From Acaryochloris marina S15 (lineage in GTDB: Bacteria; Cyanobacteriota; Cyanobacteriia; Thermosynechococcales; Thermosynechococcaceae): a DNA stretch of 32,000 bases. Where the stretch lies: positions 3,180,001 to 3,212,000 of the forward strand of contig NZ_CP064923.1 in the NCBI RefSeq assembly GCF_018336915.1. The letters run 5' to 3'. The translations under genes and the position numbers were made by a program. Positions within the stretch are counted from its first letter, which is position 1. Each line of letters opens with the position of its first letter. The notes beneath the pieces were generated by a model that saw only the letters and a list, made by a program, of their open reading frames with translations, was not told where the DNA came from and made no database searches. This document shows positions 9,745 to 17,373 of this stretch, piece by piece.

Positions 9745-10187
9745 TTTTTATTAAATATGCTAACCCAAAATTGCAGCATTAAGGATTTGATGATTGGGGA
9801 AAGTATCTTCCATTTTTCATTAGCGAGACTGGATTTTTAAACTATTAAACTTGAGGCCAAGGATCTTAAATATTAGATATTCAATAGCTTCTAATTCTCT
9901 AAAGAGGCTTTTTTGACATGGTTTAATAGTATTAAAGCTAACCACTCAATAATTCAACAATAAATGAGAAACTTAGTTAAAAAAAGAATATTATGAACGC
10001 AAAAAATTACTTTTTCTGAATCTACTCAGGATTTAACTACTGATAATTATTAAGAACAATAGGAATCACAATACAAACCAACGGATTGGGAGAGAAATGA
10101 ATTCTTTACCCTGACTATCTAAATCAGGGTAGTTGAGTAGCCTCATATAATGTATTTTTTTTAACTAGTCCAGCTTAAGTTAAGATT

Positions 10188-11102
10188 TTAAAGCGAAAAT
10201 CTCTTTAATATTTTTTTGAATTGATTACCCAATATTTCTTTTCTTTCGCAATAAGTAATTCTTCTTGCTATTTCTTCTAGTATTTTTTTTCTTGTACCAG
10301 TGTTTGCATACCTTAGTTTAACTTCTATTGCCTCTGCCTTTGATAAGATTTTATACTTGGGCGAGGTTGTCTTGGCATTATTATGGATCTTTATTTTTGA
10401 TGCAATGATTTCATAGTGATGAAAATTTGTGATTTCAGAAAAACGAAACCATAAATCATAATCCATTTGTAAGTGAAGTGACTCATCTAATTTTCCTGCT
10501 TCAATAAATAAATCATGATTAAAGAATACACCAGCTTGCGGAACATAGTAGCTCCACCAAAAAATATTAGAAAATTTTGTAGAAGGGGGATTAGTTAAAC
10601 AAATAAAATTATTGTCAGGAGTTACCCTCTCTACTGAGCAAGTAATACAACGAATATTTTTTCCTTGTCTAAATTCATTTGCAATATTGGATAGAATATT
10701 AGGACAATAGCAATCATCGCTATTTAGCCAAGCACATATTTTACCTTTAGCTTGATTAAATCCAGAATTAATTGCATGACTTTGACCTTTATCATTTTTG
10801 CTTGTCCAATAAGTAAAAAACTCCTCATATTTATTAATTATTTCAAGTGAATTATCAGTGCTTCCGCCATCCATTAATATATATTCTAAATTCGGATATC
10901 CTTGTAGTAGTACTGAGCGTATTGTCTCTTCAAGAAACTTTCCTTGGTTAAAGCTTGGAGTTATTATGCTAATCTTAGGCCAAGTTAAGCCATCAAGCAT
11001 AATCTCTGGAATGATATTAGATCCCTCTGTCCAAGGCCATCCTTTTTTATTTGGTGGGGGTGGTGGCAAATCTTTTATTGTTAGAAATTTACTAACAGTC
11101 AT
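10188..11102 (-). CDS. Glycosyltransferase family 2 (GT-A)
   Basis: 304 aa. ISIITPSFNQGKFLEETIRSVLLQGYPNLEYILMDGGSTDNS is the classic GT2 N-terminal signature, followed by AWLNSDD (DXD-type). Confidence 0.85.
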   Translation of the reverse strand: MTVSKFLTIKDLPPPPPNKKGWPWTEGSNIIPEIMLDGLTWPKISIITPSFNQGKFLEETIRSVLLQGYPNLEYILMDGGSTDNSLEIINKYEEFFTYWTSKNDKGQSHAINSGFNQAKGKICAWLNSDDCYCPNILSNIANEFRQGKNIRCITCSVERVTPDNNFICLTNPPSTKFSNIFWWSYYVPQAGVFFNHDLFIEAGKLDESLHLQMDYDLWFRFSEITNFHHYEIIASKIKIHNNAKTTSPKYKILSKAEAIEVKLRYANTGTRKKILEEIARRITYCERKEILGNQFKKILKRFSL

Positions 11103-11212
11103 TGGGGTATCTCAGGCCTAACTTATGCATGAAAATTTTAATCAAATAAAATCTTCTATAATAGAGAAAATAAACCAATGATTAAATAGTAAATAGCGAT
11201 AGTTAAGTATTC

Positions 11213-12475
11213 TTATATTGAACTTGAGAGTTGAGTTAACTGATTTGAGTTAGATTTACGGTTGAGTAAAGCTCTATATAAATTTAAATACCTTTTAGCC
11301 TGGAGCTTTGATGAATATTCTTCTAATGCAATTAACCTACAATTTAACCCCATTTCATAGCGTAATTTATCATCTTTAAGTAGCACTTCAATTCCTTTTG
11401 AGAAATCTTCAATATTCTCTTCTTGTGCGAGATATCCTGTAACATTAGGTCTTACCAAATCTTGAACACCTCCAACCCTAAATGATACTGTGGCTGTTCC
11501 ACAAGCCATGCTTTCTTGAAGTACAACTGGTAAGTTATCTGCCCGAGTGGGTAAGAGAAATAAATCCGCAGAGGAATATACTATAGCTTTTATACGGTCA
11601 TTTGTAATATAACCGAGATGGATAGTTTCAATGTCAGTACTTTTATCTAACGCACTATAAGGTTTTCCAAGGGTTATTAGAATGCATTCTTTTTTTAGTT
11701 TTTCAGGCAAAGAGGAAAGAGATTTGATTAATAAATCACCTCCTTTTCTGGGTTCATTTAACTTTACTGCACAAAAAAGTAAAACTTTTTTTTGAAGAGG
11801 TATACCTAGGATACTTCGGGAAAGCTTGTTATCTAATGGTTTGTAAATATCTGTGTCAATACCGTATGGAATATGATGAATCGAGAACTGGTTAAGAATG
11901 CTTTTTTTAGCTTGCTGGGCTAACCATTTACTCGGCGAGACAATTACTAAATCTGAATTTCTATATACCCAATTCTTAAACTTCCATTCCCAGCGGGTAG
12001 TATCTCTTTTGATTGCAGGAATAGTTTCTGGGTATGGACAAGAACCACAGCCATTTTGCCATCTATTGCAGTCAAAGCTATAAGCACAATGCCCAGTAAA
12101 ACTCCACATATCATGAAGTGTAAAGATTGCAGGCTTAGATTTAGTTAGTTTTGGAATTGCCATATAACTAAATCCAGCAAAATGAAGATTATGAAAATTT
12201 AGTAAATCACATTCCTGAAAAAACCTATGTTTAGGGATATCGAAACTACCAAAATAATTTAAATGGTTGAAGCCTAAGCGGGAAGTAAACCTTCCAAGTT
12301 GATTTTCTAACCTATATCGGCGAGGTGATAAATTTACCTCTTCATCATCAGTCTGTAAGTTCCCTACCAAAAGCTTAGAATTTACACCTTGTTTCAACAA
12401 CTCCTTGTGGAGACGATACCCTGCAATTGCAGCTCCACCTGAAATATCCGATTGATTAATATGTAATACTTTCAT
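11213..12475 (-). CDS. Glycosyltransferase family 4 (GT-B) with a Cys-rich N-domain insert
   Basis: 420 aa. MKVLHINQSDISGGAAIAGYRLHKEL, HDMWSFTGHCAYSFDCNRWQNGCGSCP and LPTRADNLPVVLQESMACGTATVSFRVGG. Confidence 0.85.
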   Translation of the reverse strand: MKVLHINQSDISGGAAIAGYRLHKELLKQGVNSKLLVGNLQTDDEEVNLSPRRYRLENQLGRFTSRLGFNHLNYFGSFDIPKHRFFQECDLLNFHNLHFAGFSYMAIPKLTKSKPAIFTLHDMWSFTGHCAYSFDCNRWQNGCGSCPYPETIPAIKRDTTRWEWKFKNWVYRNSDLVIVSPSKWLAQQAKKSILNQFSIHHIPYGIDTDIYKPLDNKLSRSILGIPLQKKVLLFCAVKLNEPRKGGDLLIKSLSSLPEKLKKECILITLGKPYSALDKSTDIETIHLGYITNDRIKAIVYSSADLFLLPTRADNLPVVLQESMACGTATVSFRVGGVQDLVRPNVTGYLAQEENIEDFSKGIEVLLKDDKLRYEMGLNCRLIALEEYSSKLQAKRYLNLYRALLNRKSNSNQLTQLSSSI

Positions 12476-12486
12476 GGGGTTAAATA

Positions 12487-12494
12487 GCGATCGC
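12487..12494. repeat. HIP1 palindrome GCGATCGC (other perfect copies at 30133-30140 and 31570-31577)
   Basis: Exact octamers read directly from the sequence. HIP1 is a highly iterated palindrome characteristic of many cyanobacterial genomes, so it supports the taxonomic guess. Confidence 0.7.
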
Positions 12495-12630
12495 TATGCA
12501 GGTAACTGCTCAACAAACCTTTGATGGGCATTTGCATGTATTTACTGTTGTAGAATTACCAATACCTGATCCATACGATACTGTGGCAAATAAGTGATAC
12601 TCCATTTTTGCTATTCTTTAGCGGAGAAAA

Positions 12631-13390
12631 TCAAGTCTGAGGAGGTTTAATTGCTTCCATGTAGAGGGAGTCAGGTTTGTAAATGTTGCCATCTGCTTCG
12701 GTATCTAGGTTAAAACTGCTCCAACCGGGAATGTAGCTTTCGGTAGCACTACGTTGAGTAATTTGTTCAAATCCACACTCTTTGAGTAAGCGTGCTAGAG
12801 AATAGCGATCGTACATCCATTGATGAATTTCACTGATTTGGCGGAAGCGACCTATGTTTATCGATTGGTGATCTTTTGCACCAAACGGAAATTTAATCAG
12901 GGTTTATCGACGCACATTTGAATCGCACAAAAAACGGAACAAGGGACGTAGCAAGACTTTAAAACATGGATCTATGTTTGAAATAGCTTGACCTTGACTT
13001 TGCCCAACTTCGATGAGTTTTTGGACTTCAAGACTTAGACGCTTCAAAATGAAGGGTTTATTCAGAACCTCAGGTTGAAAAAGGTAGGCTGCCATATCGC
13101 CCCTTGAGTAATTTCTGACCATCTGGTCAAAAAGTTCTAGCAACAACCAATTGTAGTTGTCGGCTACATAGGAATTACTACAAACAGCCTGTTCCAGTCT
13201 CGACCATTTTTGATAACCTTTTGACTCTGGCAGTGGGGACAATCCTAGTTTGTTCTCTTTGCACTGCCGACATTTTAGCTCTTATAGATTAACAGGCCAG
13301 TGCCAGGATATCACGCCTTAACTGATCAGTACTCGTTGTGTATTTAGGTAAGGCCGTAGTGTTGCAATAGGCGAGCAAGAGAGTGGCAAT
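12631..13390 (-). pseudogene. Decayed class I SAM-dependent methyltransferase: 5'-truncated with several in-frame stops
   Basis: Track ORFs 12904-13242 and 12631-12816 are in the same frame. Hand translation across the gap gives ...CDSNVRR*TLIKFPFGAKDHQSINIGRFRQISEIHQWMYDRYSLARLL..., so a single TAA (12904-12906) splits them. The same frame upstream reads ...YLNTQRVLIS*GVISWHWPVNL*ELKCRQ..., with stops at 13318-13320 and 13282-13284. The WMYDRYSL..LL..GF tail and NYNWLLLELFDQMVRN middle look like a methyltransferase family I recall from memory. No SAM-binding motif I region remains before the next gene at 13398. Confidence 0.6.
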
Positions 13391-13397
13391 TACACAA

Positions 13398-14345
13398 CTA
13401 CTCATGGGAAATTATCGACTCAGGTATGATTTTTTCGAATACTTTTCTGAGTAAACGTTTCATAGAGACAGTAATTGATAAAACTCTCGCAGGAAGGAAC
13501 CGTAAGAGGTATTTTTTTGATAAAGCTAACCTCAACATCAGCTTTCCTAACTCCGATTTAGATAGAACTAATTCATTGCCTAATTCTTGTTCTATAATCT
13601 CTCTTTGAACTTTCAAATCGCATTCTGGGAAGCTAAAGAAATTTCCGAATCGAGACTCCCAACTTCGATGAAAATCCGTGTAATCTATATCTTGATAATT
13701 TTGATCAAGTGAATCTGTCGAAAAACGTGGACCCCAAAAAAAGCTCTTCAAACCCATTGCAGATGCGAATAGAAGAGCAGAGGTCATTTGATTTGAAAAA
13801 GCGTAACGCTTACCGTGAACATTGGCTACAAAGCGTTTGAGAAATGCTTTGTCATACAAATCATTGCCATTTGTAACAACTTTAAACCCGTGGCCTCTAA
13901 AGGTATTATCCAGACCTTTTTGCTGGTCGAGATGATACATGCAGACAGTGATAGGGTGATAATTATCTGGCAAATTCTGGAGCATCTCTGCATACAGGTC
14001 AAAATCACATTTCATCTCAATCAGCTTCGATGAATGAGAAGGAAATACAATAGAGCCTTGCTTATTATCTGCTTCAGAATAGTCAAGGAGTTTTAATAGG
14101 TAGAGGAATGGTGCACCAATACTACGCGTCTTTAATGCCCGATATTTTCTTTTATATGTTTCCTCTAAACTTTTCGACCAATACCAATTTTCAGGCGCAT
14201 CATAACGAGCATCATGATCAGTAGCCGTTATTGTCCAACCATGCTGTAATGACATAGGACAAGGCAAATAGGACGGAAACCCCGCATACTCTTTCAGAAT
14301 CTTGCCGATACCGTAATAGGTCACATTGTCATAAAACTCTTGCAT
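13398..14345 (-). CDS. Hypothetical protein; possibly a TagF/KpsS/sialyltransferase-like GT-B-type transferase (unclassified)
   Basis: 315 aa with no family I can name. Loose features are GSIVFPSHSS, NYHPITVCMYHLD (an HP dipeptide) and KRYAFSNQMTSALLFASAMGLKSFFWGP, plus a basic amphipathic C-terminal tail KKYLLRFLPARVLSITVSMKRLLRKVFEKI. It lies 49 nt downstream of the neuB-like gene. Confidence 0.35.
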   Translation of the reverse strand: MQEFYDNVTYYGIGKILKEYAGFPSYLPCPMSLQHGWTITATDHDARYDAPENWYWSKSLEETYKRKYRALKTRSIGAPFLYLLKLLDYSEADNKQGSIVFPSHSSKLIEMKCDFDLYAEMLQNLPDNYHPITVCMYHLDQQKGLDNTFRGHGFKVVTNGNDLYDKAFLKRFVANVHGKRYAFSNQMTSALLFASAMGLKSFFWGPRFSTDSLDQNYQDIDYTDFHRSWESRFGNFFSFPECDLKVQREIIEQELGNELVLSKSELGKLMLRLALSKKYLLRFLPARVLSITVSMKRLLRKVFEKIIPESIISHE

Positions 14346-14394
14346 ATCGTTTCCAGAATGATCGTTTAACCTAGGGCCACTCGAAAAGAAGTAT

Positions 14395-16644
14395 CTAAAA
14401 GCTGTACGATTCCAATCTTCTCAGTGAAATCCAGAACCCTTCGCCCTCATTTTTATGTCCCTGCCATATCTCCGGAATGAAGGAGGCATTCGGGGCGAAT
14501 TGGAGTAAATATTCTTGCAAGGCAAGGAAATCCATTTCACCTTCTCCAATTTGCAAGCCTTCTCCATCCGACCCAGCCGCATCTGCAATATGCAAATGGG
14601 TCGTATGTGGTCCCACTTGCCGAACAAATTCCATGAAGGATAGCTTGTGTTGGTTGCAAGCTAGCTTGGAATGGGAGACATCTAGACAAACACGATATCC
14701 ATGCTGAGCACAGAATGCGGTAATGTCGTGAGCATCGACAAATAAGTTGTGATATCGCTGTCCACCAAAGTGCCATGGGAAAGGTGGCATTGTCTGCGGG
14801 ATGATTTCAACTCCTTCCGCATCAATGGTAGATAAACTATCGAGCAGTATCTGATACAGTTTCTCTAGTTTCGATCGAGGCAGGGGAGCATCGATCGTGA
14901 AGCCTCCAATATTAGTGACAATACAAGGGCGCTGGGCGCGCTTAAAATAGGGCTTCAGTTCACGCGTAATTTCGACGACTCGCTGCAACTCATGAATGGA
15001 TCGTTGTCGATAACTCTCGTCTTCCGAGCATAAGTCAAGCGTATGATCTCTGGCAAATAGCTCAGGACTATGCACAACCAGATCGAGGTCATAGACTTGG
15101 TCGAAGTATTGATGTAGGTCTTCCTCCATGTCTTTGTAGCTCAGGTGGAATTCCAGTAGGTCGGGGTTGGTTTTTTCGAGTATGTTTTTGAAGTCGTGAT
15201 AGCGCACTGGCAAGCCCCAGGGGCGATCGAACTTGTAGTGTTTGGGTTGCACACGATCGTGCTCTAAATCGCTTGGGTAAAAGAAATCACCAGCCTTGAG
15301 ATCACGTTTTGCCTTTTGGCCAATCAACTCATCTTTGCGGTTGGGTTGTAAACCTTTTCCAGGGCTTTTGACTTCCAGCATTCCGGCTGTGATGACCTGC
15401 CCTATCTGGAGATTACAGTTGATGATTAAACTTTTGGCCAAGGTTTCTCGATTCATCAATTCACCCTGACTCAGTCGGCGTTCACTGCTGCTGCCGAGCG
15501 CTGACTCGATCTGACGAATGCCCTGCACCATCGTTTGAAATTCATCGGGCAACAAACTAACCTTATGGTCATTGCCTTCCATAAATTTATCAATCGTGAA
15601 GTGTTTTTCAATCACCTTGGCGCCTTTAGCCACGGCAGCAACTGAAACATGAATATCACGTTCATGGCCTGAATATCCCACGGGGCAATCACCAATTTCT
15701 TTGAGACGTTCCAGGTAGTTGAGATTAACATCTTTAAAGGGCGCTGGGTAAGTAGAGTTGCAATGCAGCAATACATACATCGCACCGAGCTGTTGCAATA
15801 GCCGGACAGATTCGGCAATCTCGGCTTCTGTAGACATCCCCGTCGAGCAAATGAGTGGCTTACCGGTCTTAGCTATCGCTCTGAGTAAATCATGGTTGGT
15901 CAGATCGGCTGAGGCCACTTTATAGCCTGGCATACCATAGTCTTCCAGTATTCCAAGACTTTTTAAATCCCAAGGGGTGCAGAGCGGCAGGATTCCTTGG
16001 GATTTGCAATAGTCGAATACTTCCAGCATTGCCTCAGGGGAAAGCTGAAAGCGTGATAGCAAATCGAGGGTGTACTGTGAACCAAGGTCCTCGCTCGCAT
16101 CATTAGCGTTACCAGCATTACGGTAGAGGGCTTTCATACTACGCAGTTGGAACTTAGCGCAGTCAGCACCCGCTTCAACGGCTAGATCCACCAGTTTCTT
16201 GGCCATATCTAGGTTGCCGTTATGATTGTTACCGATTTCCGCAATGATGAAGGTAGGTGAGGTCGCATCAATTTTGAAGTCACCAATCTGGACACCATCG
16301 GAGCGTTTGCGGGCGACGGCGACAAGGTGACCAGCAGCGTCTACCAGTGGAATAAACTCGACTTCGGCGGAAAATGCCGCCAAGATCTGAGCGGGGGCGG
16401 CATCGGCTGGAACGGACTTATAGTTTTTATTCGAAACCTGATAAACGGATTGATTTAGATCAATATTGTCTTGACTGACTAACCAACGGCGAAAGTCACC
16501 GTCGGTCATAATCCCTTCTAGCGCGCCGGACTCGGTGACGGAAAAGATAATACGACTTTTGTTGTCACTGATTTTCTTGAGCGCGTTAAGAACACTATCT
16601 TCAGCAAAAACGATGTATTTGGCAACGTTTCTGTCAATCAGCAT
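14395..16644 (-). CDS. neuB: Multi-domain nonulosonic-acid synthase: CBS pair + NeuB-type PEP-condensing domain + SAF + C-terminal xylose-isomerase-like TIM-barrel domain
   Basis: 749 aa. aa 1-112 is CBS-like (GALEGIMTDGDFRRWL; FIPLVDAAGHLVAVARK). aa 128-385 is the NeuB core (FIIAEIGNNHNGNLDMAKKLVDLAVEAGADCAKFQ; YKVASADLTNHDLL; LLHCNSTYPAP; GYSGHE). aa 400-460 is SAF-like (LKAGDFFYPSDLE). aa 475-749 is sugar-phosphate isomerase/epimerase-like (VHSPELF...; LDVSHSKL...; HLHIADAAGSDGEGLQIGEGEMDF). Its ATG overlaps the neuA-like stop by 11 nt. Confidence 0.8.
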   Translation of the reverse strand: MLIDRNVAKYIVFAEDSVLNALKKISDNKSRIIFSVTESGALEGIMTDGDFRRWLVSQDNIDLNQSVYQVSNKNYKSVPADAAPAQILAAFSAEVEFIPLVDAAGHLVAVARKRSDGVQIGDFKIDATSPTFIIAEIGNNHNGNLDMAKKLVDLAVEAGADCAKFQLRSMKALYRNAGNANDASEDLGSQYTLDLLSRFQLSPEAMLEVFDYCKSQGILPLCTPWDLKSLGILEDYGMPGYKVASADLTNHDLLRAIAKTGKPLICSTGMSTEAEIAESVRLLQQLGAMYVLLHCNSTYPAPFKDVNLNYLERLKEIGDCPVGYSGHERDIHVSVAAVAKGAKVIEKHFTIDKFMEGNDHKVSLLPDEFQTMVQGIRQIESALGSSSERRLSQGELMNRETLAKSLIINCNLQIGQVITAGMLEVKSPGKGLQPNRKDELIGQKAKRDLKAGDFFYPSDLEHDRVQPKHYKFDRPWGLPVRYHDFKNILEKTNPDLLEFHLSYKDMEEDLHQYFDQVYDLDLVVHSPELFARDHTLDLCSEDESYRQRSIHELQRVVEITRELKPYFKRAQRPCIVTNIGGFTIDAPLPRSKLEKLYQILLDSLSTIDAEGVEIIPQTMPPFPWHFGGQRYHNLFVDAHDITAFCAQHGYRVCLDVSHSKLACNQHKLSFMEFVRQVGPHTTHLHIADAAGSDGEGLQIGEGEMDFLALQEYLLQFAPNASFIPEIWQGHKNEGEGFWISLRRLESYSF

Positions 16645-17347
16645 GGGACACCACCTGTTGCTTGAGCAAGAATTCAGCGATTTCGAAGTCTAAAGGAGAA
16701 TCAATTTCGTGAGCCGCAGCCTCACTCATCGGGAAAAGCGATATTTTACCGCCTAAGCGATTGCCGAGTTCTTTCAAGACCCAAGGCTTAAAAATATAGA
16801 TTGAACCATTTTCAACATACTGCGGATTCATGTCTTGCCGGCGAGGGCGATGGCGATAGTCGTAGTTGATGGCCTTAGCCACACCATTAGCTTCTTCCCA
16901 GAGAAAACGATGCGAGGGGGAAACTGATACGAGAGAATCAGCATCTTCTGACTGAAGTTTTTGGATAGCCCGATCGATGTCAATCCCAGTGCGAATTGGT
17001 GAAGTACACTGGAGGAAAATGACCAAATCAGGCTTAACTAAAGATTCTTCGATGACACTAAGTGAGTGAATCAAGGCAGATTCCGAAGATGCCGTATCAC
17101 TTGCCAAGTAATCAGGGCGCTGGATAGTATTAACGCCATATTCCTGAGAAATAGCTGCAATCTCAATATCATCAGTCGAAACATAAACTTGTCCAGCAAG
17201 GTTAGACTCGAGAGCATCGAGTATACTGTGGGCAATCAAAGGCTTCTTATCCAGTAAGTTAACGTTTTTTCGGGGAACCCCTTTAGAACCTCCACGAGCT
17301 GGAATGACTACGATATTTCCCCGGAATTTAAAATTGGGCAAGTGCAT
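16634..17347 (-). CDS. neuA: Acylneuraminate (CMP-nonulosonate) cytidylyltransferase
   Basis: 237 aa. VVIPARGGSKGVPRKNVNLLDKKPLIAHSI is the NeuA/CMP-sugar synthetase N-terminal motif, followed by FLQCTSPIR. Translationally coupled to the neuB-like gene. Confidence 0.85.
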   Translation of the reverse strand: MHLPNFKFRGNIVVIPARGGSKGVPRKNVNLLDKKPLIAHSILDALESNLAGQVYVSTDDIEIAAISQEYGVNTIQRPDYLASDTASSESALIHSLSVIEESLVKPDLVIFLQCTSPIRTGIDIDRAIQKLQSEDADSLVSVSPSHRFLWEEANGVAKAINYDYRHRPRRQDMNPQYVENGSIYIFKPWVLKELGNRLGGKISLFPMSEAAAHEIDSPLDFEIAEFLLKQQVVSHAD

Positions 17348-17373
17348 GATAAGGCTATAAAAGGGAGTTAAAA

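Noticed and set aside
14421-14776. Several 68-79-aa ORFs in other frames or on the opposite strand inside the 3' part of the neuB-like gene
   Set aside because: They are embedded in a continuous 749-aa frame whose C-terminal domain has coherent TIM-barrel-like motifs. Nothing suggests independent genes.
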